Below, in pieces: positions 50,618 through 63,286 of a stretch of DNA of 64,000 nucleotides; the first letter of the stretch is position 1; each line of letters begins with the position of its first letter. The notes beneath the pieces were generated by a model that saw only the letters and a program-made list of their open reading frames with translations, had not been told where the DNA came from and did no database searches. The translations under genes and the position numbers were made by a program. Location of the stretch: the NCBI GenBank assembly GCA_030770535.1, contig JASVEC010000001.1, positions 1,116,001 through 1,180,000 on the forward strand. Reading direction: 5' to 3'. The DNA is from Batkoa obscura. Taxonomy: Eukaryota.

Positions 50618-52004
50618 TTATTTAACTGGAGAAGGCACCAAAGAATTATTTGATAACGTCATGTTTGGGTTTAACATGTAGTAGTTTCTTTCTCTTTCTT
50701 TCCATCTCTTTCTTTCCATCTAGCACGAATATCGAAGTGCTCTTCATTGAGCTAACAAGTCACATTATTATTGTGTAAATTTAAAATTATTTCTCAACTT
50801 ACTTTTTCTTCATCAACGTTATCTGATATAGATTTCAATATTTTATCAAGGACACTTGAGTGATTTGCATGTTCTTTATCATCCCTAAAACGCATAAACC
50901 TCCATTTACAAGGTGGGCAATTATCTGGATCATAGATTACTTCTACAATTTTGCCTTCCATTCGTTTTTTAAAATCACTTCCAAAGTGAGTTTTAAAAAA
51001 TTTAAGTTCAGAATCTGAAACCCCCATCTCATCCACTTGCTGATATTCAGACCCCCCTTTCCAAATTGATAAAAGAAACTTTGGTGGAGTAGAAGGGCTT
51101 TGAACTTCAATATGTAGTTTAAAATCCACTGAATTTTCATTGGGCGGCTTCCACTTTAACATAGTTGAGCAGGTACCTAAGGTATAAGGGGCGTTTACTG
51201 ATGTAAAAATTAGCCCATCCGATTTATGTTTTAAAGTTGGTACTTGTTCTTTCAATATTTTAATCATTCCATACGATAATTCCATAACTTTAGCCTCAAT
51301 TATTATAGTCAATTTATCCAGGACATTCAATTGAGTGGCCCTTTTTAGGAAAGGCTTAACGACATTAGTCCTTAAATATCCTTGCCTCTTTTCTAAACCC
51401 CTTTGTATCAATATTTTTCCTTGGAAAGACAGTAAGTCAAATGCTAAATATTTTAATACTCTTTTTCCATCTTTTTCAATATCATATACGAGTTCACCAT
51501 CTATAATTGTTTTGTCTTGGAAAGGACCATTATTCTCACAGTTAGGCAAGGGTATATGGATATCATGAAGATATCGATATTTATTCTTTCTATCTATCTT
51601 TAATGAAATTTTAGCTACGAGAGAACTTTAATAAATTAAAATTACAAGGAAAGTTTCAGGGCGTTTGGTCTTAGGATTGACTCTTGTAAATAGAAGACAT
51701 CTTACACCGTCTGATTTTTCACATACAAAATAATCGGTTTCTTTTAACTCTTGTAAATGTTCAAGAGTAAAACTAACAGGTTGAGCACCTATTCATGTTA
51801 AATATTGTTAAATATTTTAGATCATTATTTACCAGGAAATCTAATAAATGTTAATTTATATAAAAAATGTTTGAAAAAGTCTTGCCTTTCTGGTTTAATA
51901 TTAAACAAGCTACCAACCTCTCCTCTAAGCTCTTTTTCGAAGTCTCTACCTAGAGTTTGGCCCGGTATCTCTGGAATAATATCCTGTGATAAGCCAAATT
52001 CCAT
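50618..52004 (-). CDS. CEG1: mRNA capping enzyme alpha subunit (guanylyltransferase), multi-exon
   Basis: [20 protein letters not shown] (motif I KxDG), [32 protein letters not shown]. Confidence 0.93.
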
Positions 52005-52166
52005 TGTGACTAGTAAAACAAGGCTAAAATAATATTATCACAATAAATTTTAAATACTAAATTTTAATTGCAAAAATTGATTAAATATAAAATTACAGCA
52101 AGTTTTTGTTTTTATTTTAATTTTAGAAGTCAAAGTTTAAATAATAGAACAGTTTAAACTCAAGAT

Positions 52167-52636
52167 ATGAGTAAAGAAGTATTAGATGATTGGGAGAAAG
52201 CAGCCGAAGAAGGTGTAAGTAAAAATACTAAACATATTATGCTTTTAAGTTATTTCTATAGTTTGATCCAGCAGGCTTAACAATACCAGAAACTAAAGAA
52301 AAATCATCGAAAGATTATAAGTAGTTATATATAAAGTTTGATTTAAAAATAAACTTATTTAAATAAGATTACAAATACAGAACTCCAGTTTAAACTATAC
52401 AGAATATAAACCCCAAGTAAACTTTAATATTAAATTTGGCATTTAATTAATATTATAAGATACGTTTATTAGCTAGACCTAGTAGTTTGAATAAAAAAGA
52501 GGAAGTGATTAAAAAAGGATCGAGTGTAATGGAAATTGAAAAAGGTTTATTGCAAAGGAAACTTGAGTACGAGAAAGCGCGAAAGAGAATCTTTGAAACG
52601 TCACCTACAATTCCTAAAACACAAAACGATAAATAA
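52167..52636 (+). CDS. small SUZ-domain protein (SZRD1-like), multi-exon; not in the ORF track
   Basis: MSKEVLDDWEKAAEEG followed by donor gtaagt; YKPQ|IRLLARP; LLQRKLEYEKARKRIF (SUZ-like); short GT-AG introns. Confidence 0.75.
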
Positions 52637-52964
52637 CATGGATACTTTAATACTTCTATTTAGCTACTTCATGAAAATAAAATTTGTAAAATTTGAACTG
52701 TTTAAAATTTTATTTCGTAGTTATATCAAATCACAGTTATAGCATTATCTATATTAAGTAAATAAAGATATATTTTTAGTTTATAAAAAGATTATTAGTT
52801 TCCAAAAATAAGCTAAATAATATTATATATAATATATGATCTAGTTCTATTTTTAATTTTTTATATTAAGCAGGTATTACACTTATCCTTTAAAAACTAT
52901 TCAGATACCCAAAAAAATAGATCTTAAGCCAATCATTGAAATCAAGGCATTAGAAAATAAATCA

Positions 52965-54101
52965 TTAACGACGTGGGCGAGGCTTAACAACCATAGGGTT
53001 AGGGCGTGTTCTAGTTTTTCCACCTTTAGCAAGTACACCCCAAGGTGAAGTTGGCTGTCTATTACCCTTTGATTTACCACGGCCTCCACCGTGTGGATGA
53101 TCTCTTGGATTCATAGCCATACCACGAACTGAAGGACGCCAGCCCAAACGACGACGAGCACCTGCCTTACCTAAAACACGATGTTGATGGTTAGGGTTAG
53201 ATACTTTACCAACAGTACCAATCGCACCAACTGGTACTTTTCTTACTTCACCTGAAGAAAGTTTAATCTGTGCGTAGCCTGTTTTTCCTGTAGCTACAAG
53301 TTGGGCCCAAGTTCCAGCTGAACGGATCATTTGAGCCTTTCCACCCTTTTTAAGCCCAATACAATGCATAATTGTACCTACTGGAGCCATATGAAGTGGC
53401 ATACAATTACCTATATTTATTGGTACCGTGAGAGTAATATCACCATATGCTTCTTCTTCAGCTTTTTCCTGCTCAGTCTTTTCTTTTGGAGTAACAAAAG
53501 ATTCGACGATCATCCCTGGTTCAAGTCCTTGTGGAGCAAGAATATAGGATAACTCTTCATTATCAAGGTTCTTTATTAAGGCTATATGTGCTGAACGTCC
53601 TGGATCATATTCTAAACGCATAACTTCACATTGTCCAGGAGCTTTACGATGGAAATCTATTATACGAATACGTTGTCGATGACCACCACCACGGTGTCTA
53701 GTAGTAATTCTTCCTGAATTATTACGTCCACCTGTCTTTCTTTTTGCTATTGTTAATTTACGTATTGGTTTACCTTTATGAAGATGATCACGTAAGGGCA
53801 TACGACGAAAACGCAATCCCGGTGTGATGGGCTTAAATGTTTTGAATTGACCATCAGTACGAACTAATGGAGATTCTACTCTATCTTTTTTTGTTCTTAT
53901 TCCTCCTATGTTACATGCAAAAATTGGCATTCTGGCAGCTATTTGTTTGTAAACCGAAGTTTGTTGTGGCCCAATCCTTTTAATTGCATTTGAAAAATAT
54001 TTAACTTGATTTAACTTATTAATATTTGTTGCATCCTGTAGCCTTAAATGGGGTGATAATCTAACCCTCGATAATTGACGGGATAGAAATTTTGATATCA
54101 T
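52965..54101 (-). CDS. RML2: mitochondrial ribosomal protein uL2m
   Basis: GGRNNSGRITTRHRGGGH, EYDPGRSAHIAL, VRGMAMNPRDHPHGGG; Arg/Ser-rich presequence. Confidence 0.96.
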   Translation of the reverse strand: MISKFLSRQLSRVRLSPHLRLQDATNINKLNQVKYFSNAIKRIGPQQTSVYKQIAARMPIFACNIGGIRTKKDRVESPLVRTDGQFKTFKPITPGLRFRRMPLRDHLHKGKPIRKLTIAKRKTGGRNNSGRITTRHRGGGHRQRIRIIDFHRKAPGQCEVMRLEYDPGRSAHIALIKNLDNEELSYILAPQGLEPGMIVESFVTPKEKTEQEKAEEEAYGDITLTVPINIGNCMPLHMAPVGTIMHCIGLKKGGKAQMIRSAGTWAQLVATGKTGYAQIKLSSGEVRKVPVGAIGTVGKVSNPNHQHRVLGKAGARRRLGWRPSVRGMAMNPRDHPHGGGRGKSKGNRQPTSPWGVLAKGGKTRTRPNPMVVKPRPRR

Positions 54102-54787
54102 TTCTTTAATGAAAGCAAATTGATATTTGAAAAATAACCAGAAATATTTGATTCATCACAAAATTATGGGATTCAAATTACTACAACATTTATTAATATT
54201 AGTCAAGTATAACAATTTTAAGGATATACTTGTATAAAATCCATATAATAATCATTGGGGGAGTTTGATAGTTTTATATTAAAATGGATAGTAATTTTTA
54301 TTTTTTTTAATTAAATTAAAAGCCATATGTATATGAAATCCAAGTAATAATAAAACAATATTGGTAAGTTTTTTTATTTTTAGTTCAAGTTACATAAAAA
54401 GTGGTCAAAAACAGAATGAAAAGAATATTCCCATATGCTAATTATAAAAAAATTATTTATAATAAGACATTTTTTTGACGCTTACTCATTAGTTTACAGT
54501 AATCTTATAGAGTTCACATTTTGTTCTTTTTAAATAGCATTTCAAATGCCAATGTAATGCGTTTATACTATAAATGATTCTTATAAGAAAGGTGTTTGAA
54601 TAACAGATCTTTAATAGTAATAATTTTAATATTTATAAATAGCTATACTTCGTCAAGTTTATTTTTGAATCTTATTAAATATTAAATACTTATTTAAACT
54701 CAGCATTCGTCTATTAAAATTTAACTATAAGTATACTAGAATATCTAATATTAAAAAACTCTAGAGATTATAAATGTTTTAATATAT

Positions 54788-54883
54788 AAGAATGTTTTTT
54801 TGGTTTCATCATTTTTCCCATTCTTTAAGTGTAATTTGAGAGGAAATTATCAGTAAAATTATTAAACAAAAAAACACATCCCT
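54788..54883. mobile_element. degenerate MITE copy
   Basis: Consensus body ending ACACATCCCT; ATAT flanks. Confidence 0.8.
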
Positions 54884-55237
54884 ATATATTAAAAACTACA
54901 AAGATACCTTACTATTAACCAAATTCTAAATTCTTTTTTTTGATTTTTTAAACCTATAAATTTTTTAGTCTTAATAAAACTTTCATTTTCAAAATTAATA
55001 ATACTTCTATTATTTGTGTTTATAAAACAAGATTTCAAACAATCCATAGAATGCCTTATTAGGTTAGTCAAACATAAAAACAGTAGCTTTAAAATAAATT
55101 TGACTAAGTTTAAAATACCCATTTTATTAAATATGGAATTCCGTATAGTGCTCAAGCTTTTGTTTAAAACCACTATTTTATTCATACATCAATAATATAA
55201 TTTTGAGTAGCTGAATAACATTTACATCTTAAAATTG

Positions 55238-56678
55238 TTAAGTGAGCCTTTGTACAACGGCAGAGTTCAACAAATTAGCTTCACTTAAAGTAATATCGCT
55301 TTTTTCCAACTTTTTAGTAGGGAAAGTGGTTTGCAACGTAAAGGGTTGGCTAGAGTTTATAGAACTAGAATAGTTTTTAGATATTATTTAAAGACAATAA
55401 AAAGACTTACGCTTGTACATAGTTATAAAGATCAGAAAGTGTGTGACTGTGATTAAATTTCGCAACTAGTCTAAAAGTATGTTAAAAAGTAGAAGAGATA
55501 GATCTGTGCTTCAATTACCTTCTGCCATCACTTAGACGTATCTGGATGGAAGTTTGAGGTAAATCAGGGTTGATTTCATAGGTGTGAGATGCATCTTGAA
55601 TTTGAGATTCATTCTCGATAACGTTACTTGGCTTAGCACTTGGTACAATGCTACATTAAAATTAACATAGATATTAAAAGTAGAATAATATGATAATACC
55701 TTCCTAATCTGTTCCCAGATCCTTGGAATGGCTTTGCAGAAACAGGTGGGCCTTTATAATCTTCATCCATATTTCTCTGGACATGAAGATCAACTCTTTG
55801 ACCAGGTTGAACTCCAAGTAGACTAATTGGTGCTCTTCTATACATTTATTTTAGTATTGATTTTAAAATTTCTGTAAAATTACCCTTCATTAACCCCACG
55901 TAAAAATTCTTGACCTTCGGGCGAAGTATAGCTTATTAATGGGCCATCTTCTAATGCAAGACCATTTCTCCATAATGTAAGTTTCTTGACAACCTGAAAA
56001 TTTTAATCAATTCAAACCTTTTAGATATTCTTTTACCAATTCATTATTTCTTTGAGGAGTACTTGATTGTTGTGGGAAAGAACCTGGTAACAATAAATCT
56101 GGATTTGAGCTAGAAGTAGCTTCGTCACTTATTTTAAAGCCCGAGCCAGTAAAGATATTGGAAGTTTTTTTTTGTGAATGTTCCCCTTCTTCTTGCTCCT
56201 CTTCATCAGACACGGGCTGATTGATTTTTGAAAATAGTCCATTTAAAAGTGAATTTACGTTCTCAGGCATGTTAGGATATCTAATTGCGGTTCCTGATTT
56301 TTCTCCTCCAGCAAAGAGATCTTGGCCGCCTTCTTCTGGTAGATCTTCTCCTTTCAAATCATCAAAAGTTTTAAATCTGGTACTATTTTTATTGCTTTTT
56401 TGATTATTTTCGTTTCTTGATGAGCTAGGTTCGAAGCTTTGTAGATCTTGATGAACTTGTTGCGTTTTATTTTCAATTTGATCGAAATAGGTTTCAAGTG
56501 CCATCTATACATAAAAATATTATATTCATGTCTTAAAATAAGATGCTCTTACTTCAATATCCCAATTGGCTATCTCGAGATATCTTTTTGCAGTTTCGGC
56601 ATCAGCTCCTTCAATAGTTGAAACAAACTGTGAAATAATTTCGTTTTTATTGCCTTCACTTAAATCATTATTATTCAT
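55238..56678 (-). CDS. SHP1: UBA-SEP-UBX Cdc48/p97 cofactor (Shp1/Ubx1/p47), multi-exon
   Basis: LFAGGEKSG, LTLWRNGL, RAPISLLGV, PFQGSGNRLG, IQIRLSDGRRLVAKFNHSHT, LQTTFP, LLNSAVVQRLT*. Confidence 0.92.
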
Positions 56679-58342
56679 TTTTATATTATTTGTAAATAAA
56701 AGATAAAACTTGAAATTTGCTAAAATTAAATAATTTGAAATACATTGACTAAGCTTATCAGTATTACGTATTTAAATTTTGATTAAAATTTAAAAATAGT
56801 AAGCATTTCTAAAATTTTTAGAACTTTTTAAACTTACTAATAGAATAAATACACGCATCTTTATTTAAACAATTTTTTTTAATTCACATACGTTTATCTC
56901 TACTTATTGTTTATCTTTATATTACTTTCTTATTTCAGTGCTTTTATAGTTAATTTAATTTAATTTAATTTAGGTGATTTTGTTATTAATAATTAGATTA
57001 GATGATTTATGGGCATCAGATATAATATTTATTTTGTCATATTAGTTAATTTTGAAAATTTTCATAGTATATAAAATCACTAATGGCTTTTTATATCACT
57101 TTGATAAGCTAATGGTATTTTTTGCAAATTAGTATACTTTTTATAAGATGGTTGATACTTTTATATAAACCTGTTATTTATATTTAAAAAAAGAATTAAT
57201 TTTTTAAATATAGACTTATTCTGTGAAACTGTTATCATAAAAAAAGGTATTTGCAATAAATTTTTATAACAATAAAAGCTTTTTATTTTTAAAATAAACT
57301 TTGTTTTGAGTTTTACTCATTTAGTTCAAGTTAATTTATAAAATAATTTTTTTGGGCAAGTTTAAGCCAATAAATATATATCTATTATTGTTCTTTTTAA
57401 ATTCAATAAATACTATATACTTTAATTATATTGATTTTAACATAATATAATACTTTTATAGCTTATAAACTATTAATCAGATTTTTCAAAAATTAAATCA
57501 GTATATAGTATAATATTTTATAATTATTTTTAATTCATTTGAAAGCAATCAACTATATTTTAATTTTTTTAAAAAAATGCTTTATTTAGGCAAATTTCTG
57601 AAAATTTAATTATATTAGTTTTGATATACTTTTCAATCTATAATTGGTGTAATAAAAAATAATAAATTTAAATATAATTATTATTAAAATAAAATAAAAC
57701 TCAATATTATTATTATATTATTATTTAATAAAAAATATTATAACAATTATGTTTTTTTAAATTACAGTTATATAATGCATTTTTATTAACTAAAAAAAAA
57801 TTTAAAGTTTATTAAAACTAGTATACTTAAATTAGTATTTATTAAAAATTGATCAAATAATGTAATTATTTAAATTTAAATATACATTAGCAAATAATAA
57901 ATCATATTATAAAATATTAATGATATAATATAAAATCAAATATTTGTATAATAAAGAAATATTAAAGAATATTATATTAAAGAACATTATATTAAAGCTT
58001 TTACAAACAGATCCAGTTTTTTAGCTAAAAAACAAAAAAGTTATTGCAAAAGTAATTATTTTTATTTTTAAGAACAAAAAATCATATTATTTTATAAATT
58101 ACCTTATATGTAAGACTTTGATAACTCATAATATAATTTAAGGGACTAAAACTTTTATATTTATATTGTATAAAACTAATTAAGATTTTTAATTTTGTTA
58201 TTACAAAATATGATTAAAATGAAAAAACATAAATCTAGATTAAATGTCTGTGAACTGTAAGGTTTTTGAAAGGGGTCAAGAAAGATAGATTTATAACAAT
58301 ATTAACTACAAAGATGCAATCAATATTTTTAAAAGTACATAT

Positions 58343-58438
58343 GGGGGTGTTTTTTGGTTTTATTACTTTTTCCATTTTTAAGCGCTATTTGAGCGGAAAA
58401 TTTGTTAGTAAGATTCTTAAACACAAAAATACATCCCC
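58343..58438. mobile_element. ~98-bp MITE copy
   Basis: GGGGGTGT...ACATCCCC; flanks ATAT/ATAT. Confidence 0.92.
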
Positions 58439-59270
58439 ATATTTAAGCTATTACTTTATTTTAGGTTTTCAAATCGAGATATTTATGTAATAAAGTTTAA
58501 CTTTGATAAAAATTATTCCCAATAAAATAACTTGTATTTTGTAAAAATATTATAAAGTACTTATGAGATACTTTCACTCCACATTAAAAATACAATATTT
58601 GTTTTAGATTGCCGTAAGCTGAAACAGTTTGCTCAAAACCTTCCTATCTTAAATCAAGTTTGACTTAAAAAATATGGATGTTTGCCAGCTTTTTTAAAAT
58701 GCACCACAATAAAAAAAACCCCGTTTCAAAAAACAATAGCCCATTTTTATTATAATAATTATTTTAGAATTTTCTGGTTGTAACGTATTCTTTAACATAT
58801 TCCTTTAAAGTTCAGAGATGAACCGGTGATAATATGACTATGCTTTAATCTTATTAACGAAATGAATAGTAATAGAGCTTTAAAGTGGAATGTTGACTTT
58901 ATATTATGCTATATAATTAAAATTTAAAGTCCTATAAAATTAAAATTAGTTTAGTTTTAATTTAAATACCTTTGGCTATTTAATTATTTTTATGAGTTTA
59001 AGCCTTGGTTGGGCGATTGATTTTTGTTTATTTGATTTGCTTGAAAGGCCAATGATTTCATACACCCGGGCGTCATAATTTCAATTATACTGAGCCAACT
59101 ATGAGAAGAATTTCTAAAAATGTAAACACTCGACTTTAAATAGATTTAGAGTTAACTTAACTCAATTATTAATAAATGCTGGACAAATTCAACTGATTTA
59201 CTTTAATTTGCGGCAAAAAAATCCTATAAAACAAGGTCACCAAGAAATTAAGCTTCTTTAACTTATTATT

Positions 59271-61289
59271 ATGGATTATAAAGGTTACCCACAACAAGGA
59301 GGACACGGTTCCGAGAGCTATTCAAATCAAGGCTATCCTCCAAATCAAAACTATTCAAATCAAGGCTACGCTCCAAATCAGAATTATGGAGCGCCTCCGC
59401 ACCAATATGACAATTATAACCAACCACCGCCTCAACAGGGATATAATAATTATGGGGCGAATCCACAACAAGATTATAATAATTACTCTCAAAGCCAATA
59501 CCCTCCACCACAAAATCCACCCCAATATGATACACCTAATTACAATTCTTCTCCAAATGTAAATACGGATAATAAATTTGAGGGGAAAAAATCTTTTAAT
59601 GATATCTGGGCTGCCATCTTATTTATCACCCATTTAGCCGCATTTGTTGTATTAAGTGTATTTATGATCAAAGCAATCAATTTCCGATCTTTCAGAAACT
59701 CTAATGACGGCTTTGGCAATTACAACACTTTTATTGGACTTGGCTCTGCTGGTGTGGTATCGGGGGTCCTTGGGCTACTTTATGTGTTTTTAATGCAATT
59801 GTAAGTCCGAAAACAGTATATTTTAGCTTATATTAACTCAATTATTTTAGTGCTGCAAGGATCTTAATTATAATTTCCTTTTGGTTTTCTGCTCTATTAT
59901 ATTTGGCAATTGGTGCATACTATATATATCTTAGAGTATATGTAGTTGGTGTTATTATGATAGTTTTTGCTGTAATATACGCCTTTTTATGGTTCTCATG
60001 GCGCTCACGTATCCCTTTTTCCACGATAATGCTTAAAAACGTCTCTTTATTTACAAGACATTATCCTGGAACTATCTTTATTAGTTTTATATTTTTAGTG
60101 TTATCTATCGCCTATACCATTTATTGGGCATTTACAGTAATTTTCATGTGATTTTTTCAAGTACTCTTTTAATAATCTATTTAGCTTATGGGCGCAATTC
60201 AAGTATATTCTGAACAGTCATCCAATTGTACTACTAGAGTTGTAAATGGACGTACTGTGCAGGAATGTAAGACAAACCCAGCCCTTTATGCTATATACGT
60301 CTTTACTGCTTTTTCTTTGTATTGGACTACTCAGGTAAATAATTTCATTATTAAATCCAACAAAATAATCTATTTTAGCTTTTGAAAGACATTACACATA
60401 TGACTATTTCAGGCACGTTTGCAGCCGATTACTTTTTCCCCTCATCAACATCTACAGCATCAAGATATACATCATTTGCTTCTTTAGGGAGAGCTCTTAC
60501 TACTTCATTTGGTTCTGCTTGCTTTGGAAGTCTTTTGGTAGCAATAGTTAGACTTTTGAAAACTTTAGCTTCTCAATCACGTAATGGAAGCGACAACATG
60601 CTTTGCGCATTCATAGCATGTTGTGCTGAGTGTATCCTTGGTAAATATATTGATATATAATATTATCAGAATTGTAGTATTAACTTGATTTAGCTCAAAT
60701 CGAAGCACTCTTAGAGTACTTTAACACATATGCTTATTGTTATTGTGCTATGTATGGATTGCCTTATGTTCCAGCTGGGAAGGTAAGCTTTAATTGTCAT
60801 ATTATAGTAACAATAATTAATATTCTCATTTAGGCTACATGGAATTTGATTAAAGACCGAGGTGTAGAAGCAATTATAAATGATTCCTTAATCGGAAATG
60901 TGTTGGGATTAGGTAAACTGCTTTAGTTTAATGTTTTGTAATCACTTGTTAATTGTTTGTGTAGGTTCTATTTTAATTTCTGTCATATCGGCCTTAGTTG
61001 CATATATTGTCACTTCGATAACTCAACCCAATATGGATGGAGGAATTATAACAGCAGTGGTAATAATATCATTCTTCATTGGTCTCTTAGTTTCCAGTGT
61101 CATCTTCCAAGTAATTGAGAGTGCTAACACTTCATTCTTTGTTTGTTTGGCAGAAGATCCTCAAGCACTTGCCTCATACAACCCTGAGTTGTTTGAGAGT
61201 GTAAGTTATTTAATATACTATTATAAAGATCAAGTATTAATTATTTATAGATTCGTCAAACATATCCCCAAGTTATAAACCCTGTTTAA
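59271..61289 (+). CDS. PNS1: PNS1 / choline-transporter-like (SLC44) membrane protein, multi-exon
   Basis: P/Q/Y/N-rich N-terminus, FNDIWAAILF, WRSRIPFS, RALTTSFGSACFGSL, YFNTYAY, FFVCLAEDP; ends IRQTYPQVINPV*. Confidence 0.92.
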
Positions 61290-62330
61290 AGTAATAATTT
61301 AATTTCAAATTAACTATATTCTTTAATAATAAACCAACTATATTATCTATATTTTTATAATATTTGATAAAAACAATATAATGAATGTAGTATGTTTAGT
61401 AAGACATTATAAACTTATTTAATCTTTTAAAAATGTTTGATACAATTAAGAGTTTAAATAAAACTGTTATCTTTTAAACCATTTCTGCATTGAAATAGGG
61501 GATTTATGCTAAGTTAGAAAGTTGAACTATTTAGTATAGAGGCTTAGTTTAACATTGTTCAGATTTAAACCACAATTTTGATGTATTATTTTCAAATTTT
61601 AAATAACAACAGAATCCTTTTTATCTATTTATTCTAATGATGGTTTCCGCTTTAATTCCTTTCAAAAACTTATCTTTCTTTGATTATATAAAAACTACAT
61701 AATAACTATAGTTGAAATTCAAAACCATTGAATATAATAATAACAAAATAAAATGCAAATTATTAATATAAAAATATTTAAGCTTAGAAATAGTATTAAT
61801 AATATAGCCTAAACTGTGATCTTATTTTTTAATATTGTCAAATTATAACTTGGAGAGATTAGTAGTGGTATTGGAAATTTAGTCATAATCTTTATATCGC
61901 CTAAATTCCAATATTTTATAATTAATAAATAAAGTTTCTAAGCTAAGCTAAGCTACTTTTCGGTATACTGTTTAAATACACTTACTATGGAAAGTAACTT
62001 TAATCAACGTAGTCAATTAAAATCCTTATACAAAAAAATAAATCTCCTTAAATCATGGGATTTCATTTTCATAAATTAAAAGTTACATGAGGATATTAAA
62101 TATACTCCTTATAGATGCTAGATTATAAACAAATAAATTAGCCTAAATACATCAGAACCGAAACTCGGAGCTTAGACCCTGCTTAAGAGCTAATAAATAT
62201 ATTAAATTAAAATATTTAATATTCGCAAGTTTCTATAAACATAACATTAGATTAATTAGTTATAATGAAATTAAAAAAATTATACTTGTCTAAAAAATAA
62301 TCTATAAAAGAATTTATTATTACACTACAT

Positions 62331-62429
62331 AGAGATGTTTTTTCTGATTTCATCATTTTTTCCATTTTTTAAGCGCTATTTGAGTAGAATAATTGTTAGT
62401 AAAATTCTTAAACAAGGAAATACATCCCC
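62331..62429. mobile_element. ~98-bp MITE copy
   Basis: Consensus body; TSD ACAT/ACAT. Confidence 0.88.
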
Positions 62430-63286
62430 ACATGTTTCATTATTACATAGCTTTATGTTAAATAAATTTTATTGTTATGAATCAATGTTATTAATAAATA
62501 TATTATTAAGATCCCTACTATAATAAATATTACCTCATTATTGTTTGGCGCTTTTTCAATCTTACTTACGACTTAAAGCATACATATTAAGTTTTAGTAG
62601 TTTATATTAATAAGAAAACTTCATACCACAATTCCTAAAGTAAAGGCGATGATATATTGATTTTTTATTTTATTTTAAAATTAAAAAATTTAATTTATAA
62701 AAGGAATGATGAGTCAATTGAAATTAAGCGTAAGTATTAACCCATACATTTTTATTTCTAATGTAACATTGATACTTGTTAAATTATTTATTAAAAAAGC
62801 TAATAGTACAGATATAAACTTGTTCTGATTAATGCGGACGGTTCAAATTTTATATATTCAAGTTTATAGTTGTTGAATAAAGGCTAAATTTATTTAGTGA
62901 TTGTTATTAAAATATTTAATACTGCTATTTTATAATTGATTTTTCCTCACATTTGTTTATTCTCAAATAAGTAATATTCTCTAAAGTGGTCAACTGGGCC
63001 TGGATGGTTAGAATTTGGTTAAATGAAATTAGGCTGAATTTATCAACCAATTAAAGATAAATTCTATTGATTAAAAGGGGAAGGTATGATTTATTAGTTT
63101 ACCTTTAATGTTTAATGCATGTTTTAATTTGAATCTTATAATCGAGTCTAGAATATATATAGTCAAAAGATTGACTTAAATTATTAATAAACGTTTGTAA
63201 TTTCTTTCAACCTTTTTATTAACAATATAAACTACTTTTTGATTACTCGTAATCAATCGTGATAAGCATTAAATTTAGCGTTAAAA

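Noticed and set aside
56700..58300. Extremely AT-rich intergenic stretch
   Set aside because: No ORF, repeat structure or motif that I could support
59048..59096. GGCCAATGATT...CTGAGCC snoRNA-like segment
   Set aside because: Poor C box and too short
59318..59383. 33-nt tandem repeat encoding YSNQGYxPNQN
   Set aside because: Ordinary low-complexity N-terminus of PNS1-family proteins
13668..62429. Dispersed ~98-bp repeats as a CRISPR array or ncRNA family
   Set aside because: Irregular spacing, both orientations, TIRs and TSDs with empty-site controls, in a eukaryotic context
20735..62523. Recurrent short ORFs with 'MGVFF...FKRYLSGKIVSKILKHKNTSP' suggesting a peptide gene family
   Set aside because: They are translations of the MITE in varying frames, with indels in homopolymer runs and no consistent start or stop
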